This document shows, piece by piece, positions 25,421-31,804 of a stretch of DNA of 31,804 nt; within the stretch, counting starts at the first letter, position 1, and every line of letters begins with the position of its first letter. The stretch comes from Desulfosporosinus sp. (GTDB lineage: Bacteria; Bacillota; Desulfitobacteriia; Desulfitobacteriales; Desulfitobacteriaceae): assembly GCA_016278585.1 (NCBI GenBank), contig JADQBO010000484.1, forward strand, positions 1 through 31,804, in the 5' to 3' direction. Position numbers and translations under genes: made by a program. The notes beneath the pieces were generated by a model. It ran no database searches, was not told the origin of the DNA, and was given only the letters and a program-made list of their open reading frames with translations.

Positions 25421-25925
25421 TCTTTTCACCCCCAGTTGATTGCTCAATTTTACGAATCTGATCTCTTACTATAGCAGCCTCCTCAAAGGCTTCTTGCTGA
25501 ATCAAGGTCTGAAGTGTTTCCTTTAGTTTTCTTTGTTCTACGCGACTTCTGATAGCAGCCCCACGTCTTACAGGGATCTTACCTACATTTTGACCTCCAC
25601 CATGGACGCGCCGAAGTAATGGTTCAAGCTGAGTTTCAAATGTTTCATAACAGGTACTGCATCCTAGTTTCCCGATCTGGGTGATCCCGGAAAAGCTAAT
25701 TCCACATTTTGGACACTTCATCTCCGCAGGCTGGTCTTTTGTCGTGGCATTAAATCCAAAAAGAGCTTGCAGAAATTCCGGTACAATTGCAGGGTGAAAC
25801 ACAAAACTTACATTTTGATTTTTTTTGGCACAAGTCTCACAAAGATACACCTCACGAGTTTGATCGTTTTCTGTGATAAATAATTGCATAATTGCTTCTC
25901 GCTTTTGACACTGTTGACAAAGCAT
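25410..25925 (-). CDS. mcsA: McsA (zinc-finger / UVR-domain activator of McsB)
   Basis: The sequence MLCQQCQKREAIMQLF...YLCETCAKK...CPKCGISF...LGCSTCY has four CxxC pairs. A C-terminal UVR motif is present (QEAFEEAAIVRDQIRKIE). ATG 25925 follows AAAGGAGGA. Confidence 0.9.
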   Translation of the reverse strand: MLCQQCQKREAIMQLFITENDQTREVYLCETCAKKNQNVSFVFHPAIVPEFLQALFGFNATTKDQPAEMKCPKCGISFSGITQIGKLGCSTCYETFETQLEPLLRRVHGGGQNVGKIPVRRGAAIRSRVEQRKLKETLQTLIQQEAFEEAAIVRDQIRKIEQSTGGEKSDS

Positions 25926-25938
25926 GCTAAATCCTCCT

Positions 25939-26409
25939 TTATACCAAATCGTCACGACTTAGCGTTGTCAAAATATTTTTCATGAGACATGCACGTAACA
26001 CATCCCAATCTTTAAATTCCCCACTTAAATCATTACACGAAAGCAGACTCTTAATCAGCGCTGCTTCCCTTGTGGTCACCAGTTCTTCATCCAAAAGTCG
26101 CTCTACTAAGGTATTTGATCGGTCACTTGAAATCTGCTCTCCTATCAATTGTCGTATAACCTGTTGATACTGCCCTTCCACGCCCAGTCCTAGACGAATA
26201 ATTCGCAAATACCCCCCGCCCCCTCTTCGACTCTCAACTAGGTATCCCCGTTCAACCGTAAAACGGGTATCTAGTACATAGTTGATCTGAGATGGGACAC
26301 ATGCAAACTCGCCCGCTAGCTCACTACGCTGTAACACAATAAACCCTTCTGACGTTTTGTCCAAAATCTGTTTCAAGTATTCCTCAATGCGATCCGCTAG
26401 GTTTCCCAT
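25939..26409 (-). CDS. ctsR: Class III stress-gene repressor CtsR
   Basis: The sequence MGNLADRIEEYLKQIL...LQRSELAGEFACVPSQINYVLDTRFTVERGYLVESRRGGGGYLRI is typical CtsR, including the glycine-rich loop. Confidence 0.95.
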   Translation of the reverse strand: MGNLADRIEEYLKQILDKTSEGFIVLQRSELAGEFACVPSQINYVLDTRFTVERGYLVESRRGGGGYLRIIRLGLGVEGQYQQVIRQLIGEQISSDRSNTLVERLLDEELVTTREAALIKSLLSCNDLSGEFKDWDVLRACLMKNILTTLSRDDLV

Positions 26410-26449
26410 TGTTTAAGTCTCCTGTCACGTATTATTCTAAGCACACATC

Positions 26450-26466
26450 ATTGACCTTCCCTGACC
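26450..26466 (-). promoter_or_regulatory. CtsR operator (heptad direct repeat)
   Basis: The minus strand reads GGTCAGGgaaGGTCAAT, compared with the remembered consensus A/GGTCAAAnanA/GGTCAAA. It lies just downstream of the candidate -10 of the ctsR operon. Confidence 0.7.
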
Positions 26467-26476
26467 TTCTATTTAT

Positions 26477-26505
26477 ATGATACCCAATAATTCTTGATTT
26501 TGCAA
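26477..26505 (-). promoter_or_regulatory. Candidate sigma-A promoter of the ctsR-mcsA-mcsB-clpC operon (TTGCAA-17-TATCAT)
   Basis: The minus strand reads TTGCAAaatcaagaattattgggTATCAT, a 9/12 match. Its position relative to the CtsR box is the expected one. Confidence 0.4.
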
Positions 26506-26513
26506 AGTTTTTT

Positions 26514-26562
26514 AAAAAAAAATTAGAGAGGGCTAAGTCTTTGTCCTAGACTCTATCCCTCC
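26514..26562 (-). terminator. Rho-independent terminator after the 90-aa ORF
   Basis: The minus strand forms GAGGG-atag-AGTCT...AGACT-tag-CCCTC, two 5-bp helices around an internal loop, followed by AA and then a run of nine T. Confidence 0.5.
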
Positions 26563-26585
26563 CTATAGATCCCGTGTTTAAACTA

Positions 26586-26858
26586 TTACCTTGAAATTAA
26601 TACAAAATAAAACCAAGAAGATAGAGTTAAAAAGCCAACACTTCCCAGTAACCAAATAACGGGTTGACCTTGAAGTTGCTTAACATGTACCTTTTTTTCC
26701 TCTGCCTGATTTATCTGTATTTGCTCGGTTGATTTGGTCAACTTACGTATCCCCGTTTTCGATGAGGTTACACGAGGTGCTACGTCAATCCAAAGTAATG
26801 ATCCTTGTAACATCAGTTTCAGTTCCTTGTGACTTAGCCAGACATTGTTTTCTTTCAT
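26586..26858 (-). CDS. Hypothetical tail-anchored membrane protein (90 aa)
   Basis: The ATG has the RBS GGAGGCA 8 nt upstream and the gene has its own terminator. There is one C-terminal TM helix (PVIWLLGSVGFLTLSSWFYFVLI). I recognise no family. Confidence 0.55.
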   Translation of the reverse strand: MKENNVWLSHKELKLMLQGSLLWIDVAPRVTSSKTGIRKLTKSTEQIQINQAEEKKVHVKQLQGQPVIWLLGSVGFLTLSSWFYFVLISR

Positions 26859-26959
26859 GAACCGTGTGCCTCCAACATGTCATCATTCCCTTGCCGATGA
26901 TGTTAATGACTAGAAATTAATCTGAAAGTAAGTTTCTTATATGCTATTCGCTGACCCAT

Positions 26960-26988
26960 AAAAAAATCCCTGCCGCTTGTGCAGGGAC
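26960..26988 (-). terminator. Rho-independent terminator after the M24 peptidase gene
   Basis: The minus strand forms TCCCTGC-acaagcg-GCAGGGA followed by TTTTTTTA. Confidence 0.7.
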
Positions 26989-27077
26989 GTTTGTCCTGAA
27001 TTCTAGCAAAATCATCACATATTTTCCATCAATTTCATTTAAGCGAACAGCTTATTGTTAAATCAACATTTTTTATC

Positions 27078-28265
27078 TTAAAGAACTATTAATTCTCTGG
27101 GAGTCATTGATATATACCTTGCGCCCATTTCTGCCTCAATGACAACCGTATCTTCAATCCCAACCACGCCAATGCCTGGAAAAACAAACTTGGGCTCAAT
27201 CGCAATCACCATTCCGGCCTGCAGCACCTCTTTAGCTCCTTTGCTAATTGTCGGAAGCTCATCCAGTTCAAGCCCCACCCCATGTCCAACAAAACGAACT
27301 CTACTTGTACCAAAACCCATAAAGTTCTCCTGATAAGGCGTATTATCGCAGATCCAGGATAGAATTTCTTCATAAATCTCGCCGGCAACCCTTCCTGGAA
27401 TTAAGGCACAACGTATTTTCTCTTCGACCTGCTTAGCTATCTCGTAAGCCTTCATAAGTTCATCAGATAGTGGCCCCAGGCTCAAGATTCGGGTTTGATC
27501 AATCTGATAACCATTAACAACTGACACCATATCCACAACAATTGGTTCCCCCATTTGAATTCGGTCCATTGAGGCACCATTCGGATGAGCAATGGAGATT
27601 CCTTGTCCTGCAACAGGTCCATCAAAACAGCTATTCGCTGCTGCCCGAGCCCCTGTAGTGATTGCACCAACATGGAATTCTGAACCAAATCCGCGCATTC
27701 GAACATGACCTCCGTGACCAAGAGCCCTTGCTTTACCCTCTAACAACCCTTCAAGCTCAACTTCAGTCATTCCTGGATGCAGAACCTCTTTGGCAAATTC
27801 CAGAACCAGGGGGAATATTCTGGCACTTTCTTCCAATCGCGTTAACTCCCAAGGGGATTTAACTGAACGCTGTAAGCGGATCTCTGTGGAAACATCTACG
27901 AGGGAAACTTCCGGAAATACCTTTCTATAACGTTCGAATTGGTTAACTGGGAGAACATCAAGTTCTAGGCCTAGTATGTTCGGTAAGGGTAGCCCCGCGT
28001 TTTGGATATCCTTCGGAATTTTAGACATTCCTTTGAGTTGTACTACTTCCCAAGAGCTTTCCGTTTGTGCCCTGGCAAAATCCCGATAGGCCAGAACAAT
28101 TGGCCTTCCTTCTGTTGGAATATAGACATGTACGTTTTGGGCAGTTCCAGTATAGTAGAGTGTATCTGCACGTTGGACCAAAAGTGCCCCTTCAATTCCT
28201 CTTTTAAGTAAATTAGCCTGGAAATCAGAAACTCGTTTTTGTAATTCCTCTATTGGTACTTTCAT
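27078..28265 (-). CDS. M24-family metallopeptidase (Xaa-Pro aminopeptidase / creatinase-like)
   Basis: The 395-aa ORF has a creatinase-like N-terminal domain and a pita-bread C-terminal domain. Metal-ligand contexts are VVDMVSVVNGYQIDQTR, FVGHGVGLELDE, MVIAIEPK and GIEDTVVI. Confidence 0.9.
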   Translation of the reverse strand: MKVPIEELQKRVSDFQANLLKRGIEGALLVQRADTLYYTGTAQNVHVYIPTEGRPIVLAYRDFARAQTESSWEVVQLKGMSKIPKDIQNAGLPLPNILGLELDVLPVNQFERYRKVFPEVSLVDVSTEIRLQRSVKSPWELTRLEESARIFPLVLEFAKEVLHPGMTEVELEGLLEGKARALGHGGHVRMRGFGSEFHVGAITTGARAAANSCFDGPVAGQGISIAHPNGASMDRIQMGEPIVVDMVSVVNGYQIDQTRILSLGPLSDELMKAYEIAKQVEEKIRCALIPGRVAGEIYEEILSWICDNTPYQENFMGFGTSRVRFVGHGVGLELDELPTISKGAKEVLQAGMVIAIEPKFVFPGIGVVGIEDTVVIEAEMGARYISMTPRELIVL

Positions 28266-28363
28266 TCCTTCTCCTCCATAATAATAATATTCAGAATCTT
28301 TTATACACTATTATTATGTCCGTGTTTTCTTATAATTGCAAGCTTTTTAATTTAAGATATATT

Positions 28364-28400
28364 GAAAAAATTAAAACCGAGCAGCTACTTCTACTCGGCT
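28364..28400 (-). terminator. Terminator after rubrerythrin
   Basis: The minus strand forms AGCCGAGTAG-aagt-(A)GCTGCTCGGTT, about 10 bp with one mismatch and one G.U pair, followed by TTAATTTTTT. It starts 9 nt after the stop. Confidence 0.6.
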
Positions 28401-28408
28401 CAGATTTT

Positions 28409-28996
28409 TTAATATTTACCATGAAGTTCTTCAAAGTATCCCTGAGGGTGCGCACAAGCTGGGCATTTATCGGGGGCTTCATGTCCTTCGTGAATATAAC
28501 CGCAGTTCGTACATTTCCATAGGGTTGGTTCATCTTTATTAAAAAGTGTCCCCTTCTCAAGCTCATTTGCATAGTGTTCAAAACGAGCCATATGGTGCTT
28601 TTCGACTTCGGCAACCGTCTTAAAGACTCTAGATATATCGGGGAATTCTTCTTTTTCAGCAATAACGCCGAACTTTGAGTAGATTTCCGCCCATTCTTCT
28701 CTTTCCCCAGCCGCAGCAGCCCTTAAGTTTGTCAGAGTGTCTTTAAAAACTAGCGGATAATCTGCATCGACGTGTATGACATTTGTTTCTTCCTGGGCAT
28801 AAGCAACCAAAAGTTTATAGAACACTTTAGCATGTTCCTTTTCGTTAGCGGCTGTTTCCTCAAAAATTGTTTGGATATGTTGATATCCCTCTTTCTTAGC
28901 CACCCCTGCAAAAAAAGCATAACGATTGCGCGCTTGGGACTCACCTGCAAAAGCATCGCTTAGATTCTTAAACGTTTCGGTTTCTGAGAACTTCAT
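28409..28996 (-). CDS. rbr: Rubrerythrin
   Basis: The 195-aa ORF has diiron four-helix-bundle motifs (AGESQARNRY, EKEHAKVF, GEREEW, EKHHMARF) and a C-terminal rubredoxin-like CTNCGY...CPACAHP. Confidence 0.95.
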   Translation of the reverse strand: MKFSETETFKNLSDAFAGESQARNRYAFFAGVAKKEGYQHIQTIFEETAANEKEHAKVFYKLLVAYAQEETNVIHVDADYPLVFKDTLTNLRAAAAGEREEWAEIYSKFGVIAEKEEFPDISRVFKTVAEVEKHHMARFEHYANELEKGTLFNKDEPTLWKCTNCGYIHEGHEAPDKCPACAHPQGYFEELHGKY

Positions 28997-29061
28997 GCTT
29001 CACACTCCTTTTTTCATAGTGTTTTCTCAGCTAGGTTACTTTATGCCTACTAAATCAAGTT

Positions 29062-29104
29062 TTAAAACAAATAACTTCGGATGGAGCAAAACTCCCACCC
29101 GAAG
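29062..29104 (-). terminator. Rho-independent terminator after the ygbA-like two-gene unit
   Basis: The minus strand forms CTTCGGGTGGGAG-ttttg-CTCCATCCGAAG followed by TTATTTGTTTT. Confidence 0.65.
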
Positions 29105-29162
29105 TAAATTTCTAAACTACTATGTCATTAGACTTCTAAGAATATTGAAGGGTGTCTAATTT

Positions 29163-29477
29163 TCAACCCCCTGCTGATAGAAAGCGAAAGCGAAAGGCCT
29201 TCACGATTTCCGGCCAGTCCTCCTCCTCAACTCGAAATGTAACTTGAGTTGCCGGAATTTGAATGGATCCTAAGGTACAAAACCATGCCTCACTCAAGTC
29301 TACTTCCCAGTTCGGACCAAGATACGTCCCCTTCCCATCCCACTTTCCTCCAATTGAGAGAAAATACTCTGCCAAATCTCGGCGGGGCATTCCTCTCATC
29401 TCCAGAGAAAATTCTTTGATTCCCATCGTTCCCGCTCCCCTTCTAAGGATCAAGGTCTCACCTAGACCTATCTTCAT
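29163..29477 (-). CDS. Hypothetical small protein, translationally coupled to the ygbA-like gene
   Basis: The 104-aa ORF starts in TAATG with the upstream stop. An alternative ATG at 29426 (MGIKEFSLEMRG...) follows GAAGGGGAG. I recognise no family. Confidence 0.6.
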   Translation of the reverse strand: MKIGLGETLILRRGAGTMGIKEFSLEMRGMPRRDLAEYFLSIGGKWDGKGTYLGPNWEVDLSEAWFCTLGSIQIPATQVTFRVEEEDWPEIVKAFRFRFLSAGG

Positions 29478-29791
29478 TAATTGACCTTATTAAATCCATC
29501 TATCAAATGCCTTATTGCCGCAATTGGATGAACATATATCATCTTAGGTCCTGAATAATGCATTATCTCTCTAATTCTTTTACGCATTTGAGGTTTATAA
29601 CAATGGACTGGGCATTTACCACAGGTTGGTTTACCCCCTCCAAATTTGCAATGGACGAGACGATTCATAGCATATTGTTCTAGTTCTTGGCATTCTGAAC
29701 ATAGTTCTCTATCAGAGTCGTGATGACCTTTACAATAGAGCCGAATCATTTTCCGTACGGTCATTTTTTCTCGCTCTAATCTATTGGACAT
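29477..29791 (-). CDS. Nitrous-oxide-stimulated-promoter (YgbA-like) family Cys-rich protein
   Basis: The sequence REKMTVRKMIRLYC...LCSECQELEQYAMNRLVHCKFGGGKPTCGKCPVHCYKPQMRKRIREIMHYSGPKMIYVHPIAAIRHLIDG closely parallels E. coli YgbA as I remember it (REKLT..KMI.LY...C.FGE.KP.C..CPVHCY.P..R..M..IMR.AGPRML..HP....HLID). Confidence 0.85.
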   Translation of the reverse strand: MSNRLEREKMTVRKMIRLYCKGHHDSDRELCSECQELEQYAMNRLVHCKFGGGKPTCGKCPVHCYKPQMRKRIREIMHYSGPKMIYVHPIAAIRHLIDGFNKVN

Positions 29792-29967
29792 TATAACTCG
29801 CTCCCTTCCTCTTACCCATTTCCCTAAAGAATGATAGTCTTAATGAGCAAACGGTATAAACAGACCGAGTATAAACCAATCTTCGTCTCTCCTTCTTATC
29901 CATGAGGAGCTAACTGCTACTTATCCCCTGTTAAAGGATTTCCTTACATACTTTACTTCTATCAAGT

Positions 29968-30882
29968 TTATTTACTGAACATATTTAAAAATTCCTGGGG
30001 AATATCTGTCTCATAACGGACTTCTTCCCCCGTGATCGGATGCTTAAAGGCTAACACCCTAGCATGAAGTCCTAACCGAGCAATCGGGTGTTTAGTCGCT
30101 CCATACTTCTTATCCCCAATTACACTGTGCCCTATATCTTTCATATGAACCCGAATTTGATTTTTTCGACCAGTTTCAAGCTTTACCTCCAGTAAGGAGT
30201 AGTGTTTATTCTTTTTAAGAACTCGATAGTGAGTTATTGCTTTTTGTCCCTCGTTAGGGGTACGACTAGAGTACATAATGAACGCTTTACTCTCAGTCAG
30301 CCAAGAAATAATCGTTCCTTCCTCTTTAGACACCGAACCTTCTACTACTACAACATAGGTTCGCTCTAAAACAGTTTCCTTCCATGCTTTTTGCAGTAAT
30401 TGCTGTACTTGTTCGCTTTTTGCGAACATCATCACCCCTGAAGTCTCTCGATCAAGACGATGCAGTACAAATATCTTATTCTTTGGGTCCCTTTTCTTTA
30501 CATGCTCACTCAGGATACTATAGGCAGTTTGCTCCTTTTCAGTCTCAGTTGCTATGGAGAGTAGTCCAGCTTGTTTTTCAATAATAATAATATATGGATC
30601 TTCAAACACAATATTTAGGCCTTGGGGTTGCTCTTCTATCAGAACTTTAGCCCAATTTACAGCCACCTGTTGACCTTTTACGAGTGGATGATTAAATTGC
30701 GTGATGACTTCATTGTTTACTGAAATTTGCCGATGAGCCAGCAGAGATTTGATCTCCTTCCGGCTTTTAGTGGAAAGTTTAGCCATTAAAAACTTCATTA
30801 GCTCGGCTGGTTCAGTTACCTCTAGATACGTACGTTTTTCCTTTTCTGTATTCGATTTGTAGTTTAATTTACCACTATTCAT
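29968..30882 (-). CDS. RluA-family pseudouridine synthase with N-terminal S4 domain
   Basis: The catalytic motif HRLDRETSGVMMFAK is present, along with the C-terminal GRKNQIRVHM and an S4-like N-terminus (SRKEIKSLLAHRQISVNNEV). Confidence 0.92.
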   Translation of the reverse strand: MNSGKLNYKSNTEKEKRTYLEVTEPAELMKFLMAKLSTKSRKEIKSLLAHRQISVNNEVITQFNHPLVKGQQVAVNWAKVLIEEQPQGLNIVFEDPYIIIIEKQAGLLSIATETEKEQTAYSILSEHVKKRDPKNKIFVLHRLDRETSGVMMFAKSEQVQQLLQKAWKETVLERTYVVVVEGSVSKEEGTIISWLTESKAFIMYSSRTPNEGQKAITHYRVLKKNKHYSLLEVKLETGRKNQIRVHMKDIGHSVIGDKKYGATKHPIARLGLHARVLAFKHPITGEEVRYETDIPQEFLNMFSK

Positions 30883-30935
30883 AACGTGTTCCCCTTTATC
30901 CTAATCAGCTTTGACTTTTCACTAAATTACTCCCA

Positions 30936-30964
30936 ATTCTACCAGTTACCGCTAACCTGGTCAA
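30936..30964 (-). promoter_or_regulatory. Sigma-A-type promoter for the pseudouridine synthase gene (TTGACC-17-TAGAAT, TG-extended)
   Basis: The minus strand reads TTGACCaggttagcggtaactggTAGAAT, about 55 nt upstream of ATG 30882. Confidence 0.5.
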
Positions 30965-31071
30965 TGAACTACTTTTTATCTAGAGATCTACCCCTAATAA
31001 TACCCAAATTGTATGTTACGTAACGTTTTATATAAAAGAAAATAGATTTATTTTATGGTTTATACAAATAT

Positions 31072-31106
31072 TGCAAAAAGAAAAAGGGCCATATCAATGG
31101 CCCTTT
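31072..31106 (-). terminator. Rho-independent terminator after the malic enzyme gene
   Basis: The minus strand forms AAAGGGCCAT-tgat-ATGGCCCTTT, a perfect 10-bp stem, followed by TTCTTTTTGC. Confidence 0.75.
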
Positions 31107-31126
31107 GTTAGCGTAATAGCATAATC

Positions 31127-31804
31127 TTATTTATATTGGTTCGCCAATCTTTTCTTAAGATTTTCAGCTACCCATGTTGGATCAACCGGGTTTCTAGCAA
31201 TTCCGCTTTCAATAGCAGCCTTAGCTGTAGCAGCAGCAACAGCTGGGGCTACTTCTGGGTTCAAAGTACTAGGCATGATAAAGCTAGCATTGAGTTCTTC
31301 AGGGGAGACACAATCTGCAATAGCTTTTGCTGCTGCAATCTTCATTGCGTCATTGATGTCAGTGGCTCTAACATCGATAGCGCCTCTGAACATCCCCGGG
31401 AAGGCTAAAACGTTGTTAACTTGGTTAATCACATCAGATCGACCCGTAGAAATGACAGCGGCACCTGCTTCAATAGCTCTCTCAATCGGCCAAATTTCTG
31501 GAATTGGGTTAGCTTGACAGAAGACAATAGAATCCTTTGCCATTGATTTAATCATATCCTCAGTAAGAACGTCTGCTGCTGATACACCGATGAACACGTC
31601 TGCACCTACGAGTGCACCCGCAAGATCACCGCTATATTTATCAGGATTAGTTGCTGCAGCAATTTGTTCTTTCCAGGGATTCATCCCCACTGTTCGACCT
31701 TGATAAATTGCCCCTTTGGTGTCACACATAATTACATTTTCAAGACCAACACTCATTAAAAGTTTTATAATTGCGATTCCAGCTGCTCCTGCACCATTTG
31801 CGAC
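31127..31804 (-). CDS. NAD(P)-dependent malic enzyme, C-terminal part (5' end outside the window)
   Basis: The frame is open to the window edge. The sequence VANGAGAAGIAIIKLLMSVGLENVIMCDTKGAIYQGR...FANPIPEI-like (CQANPIPEIWP)...NNVLAFPGMFRGAIDV matches the short bacterial malic enzyme NAD-binding domain. Confidence 0.9.
   Translation of the reverse strand, partial: VANGAGAAGIAIIKLLMSVGLENVIMCDTKGAIYQGRTVGMNPWKEQIAAATNPDKYSGDLAGALVGADVFIGVSAADVLTEDMIKSMAKDSIVFCQANPIPEIWPIERAIEAGAAVISTGRSDVINQVNNVLAFPGMFRGAIDVRATDINDAMKIAAAKAIADCVSPEELNASFIMPSTLNPEVAPAVAAATAKAAIESGIARNPVDPTWVAENLKKRLANQYK

Noticed and set aside
28253-28963. ORFs overlapping rubrerythrin or its flanks (28253..28522, 28330..28662, 28750..28956, 28772..28963)
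   Set aside because: The rubrerythrin frame is unambiguous (diiron and rubredoxin motifs). The others are off-frame or antisense and span the terminator.
28997-29061. PerR/Fur-type box upstream of rubrerythrin
   Set aside because: I looked for the TTATAATnATTATAA-like palindrome and found none. Only a weak TTTAAA-17-TAAAGT promoter candidate is visible, which is too weak to report as a feature.
1-31804. Search for CRISPR arrays, IS elements/transposases, integrases, prophage genes, toxin-antitoxin pairs or known defence-system genes
   Set aside because: I saw no spaced direct-repeat arrays, no terminal inverted repeats flanking ORFs, and no recombinase-, nuclease- or helicase-type accessory ORFs. 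The only tRNA-adjacent region (6.2-6.7 kb) is the conserved sigH-tRNA-rpmG junction, with no integrated DNA.

Overview
This 31.8 kb window looks like chromosomal core from an anaerobic, spore-forming Firmicute (Clostridia / Peptococcaceae-like). That assignment is an inference from gene content: SigH, a Spo0E-like gene, CtsR/McsAB/ClpC, rubredoxin, rubrerythrin and an HgdC-type activase. All CDS but one are on the minus strand. Read along the minus strand (high to low coordinate), the order is: malic enzyme (partial), RluA-family pseudouridine synthase, a ygbA-like gene with a small partner, rubrerythrin, M24 peptidase, a small membrane ORF, ctsR-mcsA-mcsB-clpC, and a divergent radA. Next comes a non-core insert: a Spo0E-like micro-ORF, a dehydratase-like Fe-S protein with an HgdC-type ATPase, a rubredoxin, and one plus-strand Cys-rich orphan. 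The order then continues carD, yacL(PIN/TRAM)-ispD-ispF-gltX, a Cys T-box, cysE-cysS-mrnC-thyX-rlmB, sigH, tRNA-Thr, tRNA-fMet, rpmG-secE-nusG-rplK-rplA, the L10 leader, rplJ-rplL, and rpoB (partial). I found no transposase, integrase, CRISPR array, long repeat or recognisable defence system. Most of the window is ordinary, highly conserved housekeeping DNA. The part worth a second look is about 16.8-21.7 kb. It holds an orphan single-subunit 2-hydroxyacyl-CoA-dehydratase-like protein with its ATPase (double-cubane-cluster-protein-like, substrate unknown) beside a CX4C rubredoxin. It also holds a 56-aa Spo0E-like ORF too short to appear in the supplied ORF track, inside an AT-rich 660-nt gap, and a divergent, transcriptionally insulated RadA with no disA. 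Smaller oddities are a 104-nt cysE/cysS overlap, a heptamer repeat in an unusually long ispD-ispF spacer, a promoter hub with three near-consensus promoters, and a rubrerythrin/ygbA-like stress cluster. All calls come from reading the sequence and from remembered family signatures; no searches were run.
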